The notes beneath the pieces were generated by a model. That model was not told the DNA's origin and searched no databases. It was given only the letters and a program-made list of their open reading frames with translations. A stretch of DNA of 11,076 nucleotides from Candidatus Rokuibacteriota bacterium (GTDB lineage: Bacteria; Methylomirabilota; Methylomirabilia; Rokubacteriales; DASRDR01): positions 1 through 11,076 of the forward strand of contig JBIOTN010000034.1 in assembly GCA_044866005.1 (NCBI GenBank). The letters run 5' to 3'. The translations under genes were made by a program, and so were the position numbers. Positions 1-7,484 of the stretch are shown piece by piece; within the stretch, counting starts at the first letter, position 1; the number at the start of each line of letters is the position of its first letter.

Positions 1-446
1 GCGGGCAGCGCGCAGAGCCCCTGGCAGACCTGCCGGAGCGCGTAGAGGATCAGGAGCCCCAGCATCGGCCGGACGCTCGGCCCGAAGACCGCGGAGGCCA
101 GCAGGAAGACGCCGAGCAGGTCGATGATCCCCGAGGTGACGACGAGCAGGCGGTCGGCCCACCGCGGGTGGGCGAGCAGGAAGGCGTTGAGCGGCGCCGA
201 CAGCGCGTGGAGCCCGTCGCCGATCCGCCCCGCCGGGAAGGCGCGCCGCGCGATGAGGGACTGGGTCCAGAACCAGCCGCCCACGCCGGCCACGACGAGC
301 AGGGCGCGGGCCGCCCGGAGCGGCAGCCCGCCCCCGGCGCGCGGGCCCGTCTCCGCGGCCGCCGCCGCGACCGCCCCGGCGAGGAGGAGCGTCCCGAGCG
401 CCGCGCCGACCAGGACCGTGCCGAGCCGCTGCCGCCCTCGCGTCAT
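1..446 (-). CDS. Polytopic membrane protein, 3' end outside the window; probable PAP2-superfamily protein of the sphingomyelin/IPC-synthase-like branch
   Basis: Not in the ORF track because its stop is outside the window. Manual translation from ATG 446, with GAGGAGG RBS at about 453-459: MTRGRQRLGTVLVGAALGTLLLAGAVAAAAAETGPRAGGGLPLRAARALLVVAGVGGWFWTQSLIARRAFPAGRIGDGLHALSAPLNAFLLAHPRWADRLLVVTSGIIDLLGVFLLASAVFGPSVRPMLGLLILYALRQVCQGLCALP... It has several TM segments. IGDGLH and LRQVCQGLCALP resemble the D1 and D2 (R..T.LP) motifs of SMS-like enzymes. The catalytic His motifs would lie outside the window. The CDS is secure; the function is tentative. Confidence 0.6.
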   Translation of the reverse strand, partial: MTRGRQRLGTVLVGAALGTLLLAGAVAAAAAETGPRAGGGLPLRAARALLVVAGVGGWFWTQSLIARRAFPAGRIGDGLHALSAPLNAFLLAHPRWADRLLVVTSGIIDLLGVFLLASAVFGPSVRPMLGLLILYALRQVCQGLCALP

Positions 447-459
447 GCGCGCCCTCCTC

Positions 460-1725
460 TCAGCGGGCGAGGTCGCGCTCCAGGCTACCGCGAGCGGCCA
501 GCAGAACCAAGCCCGACGCGGCGAGGAGGATCCCCGCGGCCAGGACCGGCGCCTGGAGGCCGACGCGGTCGGAGACCAGGCCGATGAGCCAGGGCGAGGC
601 CGCGTCGCCGAGCAGGTGGGTCCCCATCGTGGTCAGGGCGAAGCCCCGGCCCCGGAGGTCGGGCGGGAGGACGTTGGCCATGGCGGCGTTGAGCGGGCCG
701 ACGTTGACGAACAGGAGGAAGAGCGTGACGAAGAGGGCCGGCCAGAAGACCGCCGCCGACGGCGAGAGGACGGCCAGGAGCGTGAAGCCGAGCGACCCGA
801 GGAGCCCCCAGCCGGAGATGGCGAACTGGGCCCCGCGGACCCGCCGCGCCAGCCGGTCGCCCAGCTGACCGCCGAGCAGGGTCCCGGCCAGGCCGGCGAC
901 GAAGAGCAAGCTGCCGAAGGTCGCCGCGGCCCGCCCGAGCGGGATGCCGCGCTCGCGGAGGAAGTAGGTCGGCATCCAGGTCGCCAGGCCGCCCATGGCG
1001 AAGGTGTAGATCACCTGCGCGGCGGCGTTGGCGGCGAAGCTCGGGCGCGCCAGCAGCGCGCGCGCCGAGGCGGCGAGCCCGAGCGGCGTGTGCGCCGAGG
1101 CCGGGTCGAAGGACCCACGCGGCGGCTCGCGCAGGAGCAGGAGCGAGAGCCCGAGCAGGGCGCCGGGGAGGCCGGCGACCAGGAAGGCGGCGCGCCAGCC
1201 GAAGCGCCCCCCGAGGGTGCCGCCGATCCCGTAGCCGAGCGCCGTGCCGACCGGGATGGCCGCGTAGAAGAGCGCCAGGGCGCGCCCCCGCCGCTCCGCC
1301 GGGTACAAGTCGGAGAGCAGCGAGGGGGTCACCACCGCGTAGCTCGCCTCGCCCACGCCGATCACGGCCCGCGCCAGGAGCAGCCAGGCGTAGCTCGGCG
1401 CCAGACCGGAGCCGACCGTGGCCAGGCTCCACAGGAGGACCCCGGCCGCGGCGAGCGGCAGGCGGGCGCGGCGGTCCCCGACCCAGCCCGCGACCGGCGA
1501 GACGAGGGCATACGTGAGGATGAAGATCGACTGGAGGAGTCCACCCTCCGCGTCGGAGAGCGCAAGGCTGCCCAGGAGGAGCGGGAGGCCCGCGGCGCCG
1601 ACGTAGCGATCGGCGTAGTTGAGGACGTTGAGCCCGGTCAGGACGCCGAGGGCCGCCCGGCCCGAGCCGGCCCCGCCCGCCCGCGCGCCGGGCCCCACCG
1701 CCGCCGGGGCCGGGGGCCCCGTCAT
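460..1725 (-). CDS. Spinster (SPNS/SLC63)-like MFS transporter, 421 aa
   Basis: Start trimmed to ATG 1725, which overlaps the upstream TGA (ATGA). About 12 TM segments. Motifs NVLNYADRY, GLLQSIFI, GWVGDRRAR (MFS motif A), RAVIGVGEASY, LLSDLYP, FYAAIPVGTALGY and HLLGDAASPWLIGLVSD closely match Spinster-family sequence. Confidence 0.88.
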   Translation of the reverse strand: MTGPPAPAAVGPGARAGGAGSGRAALGVLTGLNVLNYADRYVGAAGLPLLLGSLALSDAEGGLLQSIFILTYALVSPVAGWVGDRRARLPLAAAGVLLWSLATVGSGLAPSYAWLLLARAVIGVGEASYAVVTPSLLSDLYPAERRGRALALFYAAIPVGTALGYGIGGTLGGRFGWRAAFLVAGLPGALLGLSLLLLREPPRGSFDPASAHTPLGLAASARALLARPSFAANAAAQVIYTFAMGGLATWMPTYFLRERGIPLGRAAATFGSLLFVAGLAGTLLGGQLGDRLARRVRGAQFAISGWGLLGSLGFTLLAVLSPSAAVFWPALFVTLFLLFVNVGPLNAAMANVLPPDLRGRGFALTTMGTHLLGDAASPWLIGLVSDRVGLQAPVLAAGILLAASGLVLLAARGSLERDLAR

Positions 1726-3083
1726 CGGCCCGCGTCCGGCCCGACCCGGACCGACTCGGGGACCAGGCCGGCCAGCGCCGCCAGCTCGTCCGCGAGCGCC
1801 CGCCGGCGCTCGCGCAGGCGGCGGTGGACGTCGCGGTCGCGGAGGAACCGGACGAGCGCGCGCGCCTCCCGCCCCACGTCGGCCAGCCGCTCGCGCCAGG
1901 CGACGGCGAAGAAGCCGGCCGGCAGGAGGAGCGCCGCGAACGCGGCGAGCGCGGCCGCGCCGCCGAGCCGCCAGGCGAGCCACCCCTCGGCGAGCCAGCA
2001 GAGGGGGTAGAGGACGAGCCCCAGGGCGATCTTGTCCGTGGCCTCGACGTCGAGCGTGGGGCGCATGGCGCGCACGCCGAGGCCGGTGAGCCGGTAGGGC
2101 AGCGCGTGGACCACGAGGCCCACGAGGGCGAGGGGGAGGCCGAGGAGGAGGGGCAGGCCTTCACGGACGGCATAGCCGAGGACGACGCTCGGCGGGTAGC
2201 CGCGGCCCGGCGGCGGCCCCGCGGCGCCGGCCCGCGCGAGCTCCTGCCCGTAGGCCTCGAGCCGGCGCCTCAGCGCGACGACCCGCTCCGGTGCCGTCTC
2301 GCAGAGGTACCGGTAGACCCGCATCCCCTGCTGGCCCCAGGCGACCCCGGCCGCCTCGTCTCGCGGCCCCGCGGCGGCGTCCTCTCGCCAGATCGTCTCG
2401 GCGAGCCGGACGAGGTGGAGGGTCTGCCAGTCGTCGGCCTCCACGATGAGGCGCCGGAGCGCCGCGGCGAGCCGCGCCGTCAGCGCGCGCACCGCGGCCT
2501 CGGGCTCCTGCCCGTAGCGCGCCACGCAGTCGGCGGTCTCGACGGGCGGCCCCACCAGCACCACGGCCCGCCCGGCGCGGAACGCGCCCGGCTCGTGGAA
2601 GACGAGGCCGACCGGGGTGAGCGTGACGCCGAGCCGCCCGTCGGGCCCGGCCTCGGCGGCGAGGAGGAGCCGGGCCGCCCCCGTCCGGAGCGGGAGGAGG
2701 ACCGGCTGCTCGTGGCTCAGGCCCTCGGGAAAGATGAGGACGGCGCGGCCCGCGTGGAGCGCCGCCGTCGCGGTGCGGAACATGGCCTCGTTGCGGGCCG
2801 GGTCGGTGCCGCCCTCCTGGCGCCGGTGGACCGGGACGGCGCCCATCAGGTAGAGGAACGGCGCGACGATGGGGTGACGGAAGAGCGGCGCCTTCGCCAG
2901 CGGCAGGAGCCGCCGGGGGAGGGTCGCCAGCAGGAGCATGGGGTCCACGAGCGCGTTCTGGTGGTTGGCGGCGACGACGAGGGGGCCGGTGGCCGGCAGG
3001 TGGCCGAGCCCCACGACCTCGACCTCGCGGTAGAAGAGGCCGACCAGCAGCCGCACGAGGCGCCGGACGAGCCGGTAACCCAT
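1722..3083 (-). CDS. Glycerolipid/lysophospholipid acyltransferase (PlsC/LPLAT superfamily, HX5D subtype) with C-terminal membrane domain, 453 aa
   Basis: Start trimmed to ATG 3083 (MGYRLVRRLV). Motif I NHQNALVDP at 2940-2966, motif II GAVPVHRR, motif III IFPEGLSH near 2712-2735, then LRTGAAR and TPVGL. About 3 hydrophobic helices near the C-terminus. Confidence 0.88.
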   Translation of the reverse strand: MGYRLVRRLVRLLVGLFYREVEVVGLGHLPATGPLVVAANHQNALVDPMLLLATLPRRLLPLAKAPLFRHPIVAPFLYLMGAVPVHRRQEGGTDPARNEAMFRTATAALHAGRAVLIFPEGLSHEQPVLLPLRTGAARLLLAAEAGPDGRLGVTLTPVGLVFHEPGAFRAGRAVVLVGPPVETADCVARYGQEPEAAVRALTARLAAALRRLIVEADDWQTLHLVRLAETIWREDAAAGPRDEAAGVAWGQQGMRVYRYLCETAPERVVALRRRLEAYGQELARAGAAGPPPGRGYPPSVVLGYAVREGLPLLLGLPLALVGLVVHALPYRLTGLGVRAMRPTLDVEATDKIALGLVLYPLCWLAEGWLAWRLGGAAALAAFAALLLPAGFFAVAWRERLADVGREARALVRFLRDRDVHRRLRERRRALADELAALAGLVPESVRVGPDAGR

Positions 3084-3109
3084 GGCGGGCGCCGCCGGGC
3101 GCCGCGGGC

Positions 3110-3820
3110 TCAGCCCGGCAGCCGGACCACGTGCCGGGCGGGCCCGAGGAGCATCCAGAGCCCGAGGCCGACCGAGAGGACGCCGGTCAGGAGGCGGAGC
3201 GACGGGGCGAGGCGGCTCGCGGGGGCGAGCCGCACCGCGAAGGGCACGGCGACCGCCGCGCTCACGAACCCCATGGCCAGCACGGAGCCCGCGCCGAAGA
3301 GCGCGATGAAGAGGAGCCCGAGTCCGATCGAGTCGAAGCGCGTGGCCACGAGGAGCAGGAGCGCCGCGCTCCCCGCCAGGCCGTGCGCCATGCCCACGAG
3401 GAACGTGGCCCGCCCCGACCGCTCGGGGTGCTCGTGGTCGTGCCCCGCTCCGGCCCCGTGGGCGTGGAAGTGGAGGTGCGAGGCCCCGCGGTGGGCGTGC
3501 GTGTGGACGTGGACGCGCTGGCGCCGGTACCCCCGCAGCACCCGGAGCCCCAGGGCGACCAGCACGCCCCCCACGAGCAGCTCGAAGCCCGCCTCGAGCC
3601 GCGCCGGCACCTGGAGGCGGAGCCCGAGCACGACCGCGCCCGCCGCCAGGAGCGCGGCCGTGTGGCCGAGCCCCCACACGACGCCGAGCCGCGCCGCCGC
3701 GCGCAGGCTGGAGACCCGGCTGGCCAGGGTGGAGACGGCGACGACGTGGTCGGCCTCGAGGGCGTGCGCCACGCCGAGGAGGAAGCCGAGGGCCAGGGCG
3801 GGAAGCGCCTCGAGCGTCAT
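3110..3820 (-). CDS. UreH/NiCoT-like nickel/cobalt permease with His-rich loop, 236 aa
   Basis: Start trimmed to ATG 3820, which overlaps the livM TGA (ATGA). HALEADH matches the NiCoT-type HAxD/ExDH signature. Also WGLGH, GMAHGLAGS and a central loop with 11 His in 28 residues (3428-3511). About 6 TM helices. Confidence 0.85.
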   Translation of the reverse strand: MTLEALPALALGFLLGVAHALEADHVVAVSTLASRVSSLRAAARLGVVWGLGHTAALLAAGAVVLGLRLQVPARLEAGFELLVGGVLVALGLRVLRGYRRQRVHVHTHAHRGASHLHFHAHGAGAGHDHEHPERSGRATFLVGMAHGLAGSAALLLLVATRFDSIGLGLLFIALFGAGSVLAMGFVSAAVAVPFAVRLAPASRLAPSLRLLTGVLSVGLGLWMLLGPARHVVRLPG

Positions 3821-4824
3821 CCCGGGTGGCCCCCCAGCGCCGGCGTCGCCGCGGCCGGGAGCCGTCGCCTCAGGAGCCCGCGCAGGCTCCCGTAGATGCC
3901 GGCGGGGAGGAAGACGATGAAGAGCATCAGCAGCAGGCCGTAGATCGTCTCCGCCATGCCGATGAACCGGACGCCGAAGACGACGCGGAGGTACTCGCCG
4001 AGCGCGATCGTCAGCGCGGTGCCCACCGTCGGACCCAGCAAGGAGTACATGCCGCCCAGCACCACGGCGAAGACGATGCGGAGGGACACGCCGATACCGG
4101 AGAGCGTGTCCGGGTTGACGTAGGAGATGTACTGGGCGTAGGCCACGCCCCCGACCGCCGTCAGCGCGGCGGACAGCGCCGTGATCCCGAGCTTGAAGCG
4201 GGTGACGTGGACGCCGACCGAGGCCGCCGCGGTCTCGTCCTCGCCGATCGCCTCCATGGCCGAGCGGGCCATGCTGCGGTCGAGACGGGCCCAGACCTGG
4301 AGGCCGGCGAGCCAGAGGACGAGCCCCGCGTAGTAGAACACCCGCTTGTCGGCGAACTGGATCGCGGCGAGGCTGTCGGACGGCGCCGGCCGGAGCGAGA
4401 GCCCGAGGGAGCCCCCGGTCCAGTCCCGCTCGGCGATGATCAGGAGCCGGACGACCTCGCCGACGGCGAGCGTGACCAGCGCGAAGTAGTGGCCGACGAC
4501 CTGGAAGCGCGAGCACGGGTACGCGACGACCAGGGCGAGCGCGACCGTGAGCGCCACCGCGAGCGCGCCGCCGAGCCAGGGGGTCAGCCCGTAGAAGTTC
4601 CACAGGAGCACGGTCGCGTACGCGCCGAGGCCGAGGAAGGCGCCGTGTCCGAGCGACACGAGCCCGAACCGGCCCATCAGGGACCAGGCGCCCCCGATGA
4701 AGGACCAGATGAAGATCTGGATGAGGACGTGGAGCGTGTAGTCCCGCAGGCCCCCCATCGGCAGGAATGGCACGACCGCGATCACGCCGACCAGCAGGAG
4801 TGCGACGGCGCGCCCCACGCTCAT
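3817..4824 (-). CDS. livM: Liv/HAAT-family ABC transporter permease, LivM-like, 335 aa
   Basis: Motifs GLVSLGHGAFLGLGAY, GHYFALVTLAVGEV, TGGSLGL, AIGEDETAAASVGV and VLGGMYSLLGPTVG. ATGA overlap with livH. Symbol is family-level only. Confidence 0.9.
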   Translation of the reverse strand: MSVGRAVALLLVGVIAVVPFLPMGGLRDYTLHVLIQIFIWSFIGGAWSLMGRFGLVSLGHGAFLGLGAYATVLLWNFYGLTPWLGGALAVALTVALALVVAYPCSRFQVVGHYFALVTLAVGEVVRLLIIAERDWTGGSLGLSLRPAPSDSLAAIQFADKRVFYYAGLVLWLAGLQVWARLDRSMARSAMEAIGEDETAAASVGVHVTRFKLGITALSAALTAVGGVAYAQYISYVNPDTLSGIGVSLRIVFAVVLGGMYSLLGPTVGTALTIALGEYLRVVFGVRFIGMAETIYGLLLMLFIVFLPAGIYGSLRGLLRRRLPAAATPALGGHPG

Positions 4825-5687
4825 TCCCGTCGCGCCAGGATGCCGCCCGGACGGGCGAACATCATCACGATGAAGACGACGAAGGCGATCACGTATCCCA
4901 TCTCCGTCGAGATCGTGACCCCTCCGATCGAGATGATCTCGCTCATGACGAACGAGGCGACGAAGGCGCCCACCATGTTCCCGAGCCCGCCGAGGACGCA
5001 GATCATGAACGTGAGCGGGCCGAACGCCGCGCCGAAGAACGGGTGGACGGAGTACTGGATGATGAGGAGCGCCGCGGCCAGCCCGGCCATCGCGCCACCC
5101 ACGGCGGACGTGACCAGGTACACGCGCCCCGGCGCGGCCCCCATGAGCGCCGTCGCCTCGCGGTCCTGGGAGACGGCGCGGATGGCCGTGCCCATGTAGG
5201 TCCGCGTGAGGAAGAGGTAGAGGCCGGCCATCGCGAGGATCGAGAGCGCGAACGCGATGAGCCGGGCGAAGGACAGGAACATCCCCCCCACCTCGACGAT
5301 GGGCAGGGTCAGGCGCACCGTCCGGTGGTCGGTCGTCCAGAGGAACGTCGCCAGCGACTGGAGGAAGAAGAGGAGGCCGCCGGTCGCCAGGAGCTGGTTG
5401 ATGGGCGGGCTCCCCAGGATCGGCGCGATGACGAGCAGGTGGACGGCGAGCCCGAGGAGGGCGCCGACTCCCACCGAGGCGAGGCCGGCGAGCCAGATGG
5501 GCCAGCCCGCCCCCGTCACCAGGAAGTACACGGCGTACATGCAGATCATCACGAGGTCCACGTACGCGATCCAGACGATGTCGATCACGCCGAAGATGAG
5601 GTTGAGCCCGAGGGCGAGGAGCGCGAGGACACCGCCCAGCAGGAGGCCGTTGACGGCCGCCTCGGCGAGGAAGATCGGCTCGATCAT
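4821..5687 (-). CDS. livH: Liv/HAAT-family ABC transporter permease, LivH-like, 288 aa
   Basis: Motifs NGLLLGGVLALLALGLNLIFGV, TYMGTAIRAVSQDREATALMG, VLGGLGNMVGA and the C-terminal RPGGI. Symbol is family-level only. Confidence 0.92.
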   Translation of the reverse strand: MIEPIFLAEAAVNGLLLGGVLALLALGLNLIFGVIDIVWIAYVDLVMICMYAVYFLVTGAGWPIWLAGLASVGVGALLGLAVHLLVIAPILGSPPINQLLATGGLLFFLQSLATFLWTTDHRTVRLTLPIVEVGGMFLSFARLIAFALSILAMAGLYLFLTRTYMGTAIRAVSQDREATALMGAAPGRVYLVTSAVGGAMAGLAAALLIIQYSVHPFFGAAFGPLTFMICVLGGLGNMVGAFVASFVMSEIISIGGVTISTEMGYVIAFVVFIVMMFARPGGILARRE

Positions 5688-5706
5688 GCTCGTGGCGCCA
5701 TCGGCG

Positions 5707-6411
5707 TCAGATGCCGACGTAGGCCTTGCGGACGAAGTCCTGGTCCGAGAGCGCGTCGGCCCGGCCTTCCATCCGGATGCGGCCGACCTCCAGGAGGTAC
5801 GCCCGGTCGACCAGCTTCAGCACCTGCCGGACGTTCTGCTCCACGACCAGTATGGTATAGCCTTCCTCGCGGACCTGGCGGACCAGCTCGAAGACGCGCA
5901 GGACCATCACCGGCGCGAGCCCGAGGGAGGGCTCGTCGAGGAGGATCAGCTTGGGCCGCGACATGAGGGCGCGGCCGATCGCGAGCATCTGCTGCTCGCC
6001 GCCGGACAGGCTGCCGGCCCGCTGGTGCCGGCGCTCGGCGAGGGCCGGGAACAGGCCGTAGACGCGCTCCAGGCTCTCCCCGTACGCCCGGCGGGCCCGC
6101 GGCAGGAACGCGCCCATCTTGAGGTTGTCCGCGACGGTGAGCCTGGGGAAGAGGCGGCGCCCTTCCGGGACGTGGGCGATCCCGCGGGCGACCATCTCGT
6201 GCGCCGGGCGGCGGCCGACGGACTCGCCCTCGAATGCGAGCGTGCCACGGCGGGGCGGGACGAGTCCCGAGATGACGCGCATGAGCGTGGTCTTCCCGGC
6301 GCCGTTGGGGCCGACGACGGCGACCGCCTCGCCGGCGGCGACCCGCAGGCTCTCGTCCCAGAGGGCCGTGAAGTGCCCGTACCCCGCCGTCACGCCCGCG
6401 AGCTCTAGCAT
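5707..6411 (-). CDS. livF: ABC ATPase, LivF-like, 234 aa
   Basis: Walker A GPNGAGKTT, HVPEGRRLF, signature LSGGEQQMLAIGRALM, Walker B LILLDEPSLGLAP, and VEQN. Confidence 0.95.
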   Translation of the reverse strand: MLELAGVTAGYGHFTALWDESLRVAAGEAVAVVGPNGAGKTTLMRVISGLVPPRRGTLAFEGESVGRRPAHEMVARGIAHVPEGRRLFPRLTVADNLKMGAFLPRARRAYGESLERVYGLFPALAERRHQRAGSLSGGEQQMLAIGRALMSRPKLILLDEPSLGLAPVMVLRVFELVRQVREEGYTILVVEQNVRQVLKLVDRAYLLEVGRIRMEGRADALSDQDFVRKAYVGI

Positions 6412-6462
6412 GCGGCGCGATCGACCACGGGCTGGCCCGGGGGTGATGCCGCGACGGGTGCA

Positions 6463-6537
6463 GTCGCGCGGGTGGCCGTGGGCCGCTGTCGCGCGGGTGG
6501 CCGCGGGCGGCTGTCGCGCAGCCGCCGCGGGTGGCGC
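6463..6537. repeat. 25-bp tandem repeat (two near-identical copies and one degenerate) in the livG-livF gap
   Basis: GTCGCGCGGGTGGCCGTGGGCCGCT (6463-6487) and GTCGCGCGGGTGGCCGCGGGCGGCT (6488-6512) match at 23/25. A third copy begins GTCGCGC at 6513. Confidence 0.85.
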
Positions 6538-6553
6538 CGGCGCTGCCCCGCAG

Positions 6554-6641
6554 CCGGCCGGGCGAAGTGGGACCCCTTCGCGTTCCTGCCGCCGTTCAAC
6601 GTACGGCGGCAGGGCGCGAACGGGTGACGGAGCCCGGCCGG
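6554..6641. repeat. Long imperfect inverted repeat (88-nt stem-loop)
   Basis: CCGGCCGGGC (6554-6563) pairs with GCCCGGCCGG (6632-6641). ACCCCTTCGCGTTCCTGCCGCCGT (6572-6595) pairs with ACGGCGGCAGGGCGCGAACGGGT (6603-6625) around the loop TCAACGT. Confidence 0.85.
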
Positions 6642-6706
6642 ACCGGGGCGAGCCGGCGACAGGACCCGCGGCGGCCTGATGACACGTCCCGATCCGGCAG
6701 CCCCGA

Positions 6707-7438
6707 TCACGCCAGCACGACCCGCTCGCCGAGGTAGGCCTCGACGACGCGGGCGTCCTCGGCGACCGCGTGGGGCGGCCCCTCGGCGATCTTCTCCCCG
6801 TGGTCGAGGACGACGACGCGGTCGACGACCCGCATGAGCATCGCCATGATGTGCTCGACCCAGACGACGGTGACCTTCAGCTCCCGCCGGATGCGCCGGA
6901 GCATCTCGGCGGCCGCCACCATCTCGCCGGGATCGAGCCCGCCCAGGCTCTCGTCGGCCAGCAAGAGGGCCGGCCCCGTGGCCAGCGCGCGCGCCAGCTC
7001 GAGCTTCTTGAGCCCGGCCGCGCCCAGCAGCGCCGGGGACGCGGCGTCGTCGGTCGGCAGGCCGACGAGCGCCAGCACCTCCCGCGCGCGCGCCCGCGCC
7101 GCCGCCTCCGTGGTGCGCCGGCTCGTCCCGAAGTGCGCGGCGACGGCCACGTTCTCGAGGACGGAGAGCTTGCGGAAGGGCCGGGGAATCTGGAAGGTCC
7201 GCGCGATCCCGCGGTGACAGATCGCATCGGGCGTCAACCCCGCGATCTCCTCGCCGCGGAAGCGGATCGAGCCGGCGGTCGGCCGCATGGCCCCCGAGAC
7301 GCAGTTGAAGAGCGTGGTCTTGCCCGAGCCGTTCGGGCCGATGAGCCCCAGGATCTCGCCTTCCTGGACCTCGAAGGAGACGCCGTTGAGCGCCGTGAAT
7401 CCGCCGAAGCGCTTGGTGAGCCCGGTGACCGTCAGCAT
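6707..7438 (-). CDS. livG: ABC ATPase, LivG-like, 243 aa
   Basis: KRFGG, Walker A GPNGSGKTT, GIARTFQ, LELARALA, LLLADES, H-loop VEH and the C-terminal VVEAYLG. Confidence 0.94.
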   Translation of the reverse strand: MLTVTGLTKRFGGFTALNGVSFEVQEGEILGLIGPNGSGKTTLFNCVSGAMRPTAGSIRFRGEEIAGLTPDAICHRGIARTFQIPRPFRKLSVLENVAVAAHFGTSRRTTEAAARARAREVLALVGLPTDDAASPALLGAAGLKKLELARALATGPALLLADESLGGLDPGEMVAAAEMLRRIRRELKVTVVWVEHIMAMLMRVVDRVVVLDHGEKIAEGPPHAVAEDARVVEAYLGERVVLA

Positions 7439-7484
7439 GCGCGCCGCGCCCCAGCGTCATCGCCCGAGCGCGGGCGTTGCCCGC

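Noticed and set aside
1726..4603. N-terminal extensions in the ORF track for the MFS (to 1983), acyltransferase (to 3677) and Ni permease (to 4603)
   Set aside because: The extensions overlap upstream genes and are non-homologous R/G/P-rich sequence. Internal ATGs at ATGA overlaps or short gaps are better starts, so these are not fusion proteins.
6463..6537. Possible CRISPR array
   Set aside because: The units abut with no unique spacers, there are only 2-3 degenerate copies, and no cas genes are present.
6554..6641. Possible integron attC site, tRNA or intrinsic terminator
   Set aside because: No RYYYAAC/GTTRRRY ends, no cloverleaf, and no U-tract on either strand.
6940..7030. Degenerate ABC signature in LivG (LGAAGLKK, ADES) as a sign of pseudogenisation
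   Set aside because: LivG-type subunits commonly have a divergent signature. Walker A, the Walker B DE and the H-loop are intact and the frame is uninterrupted.
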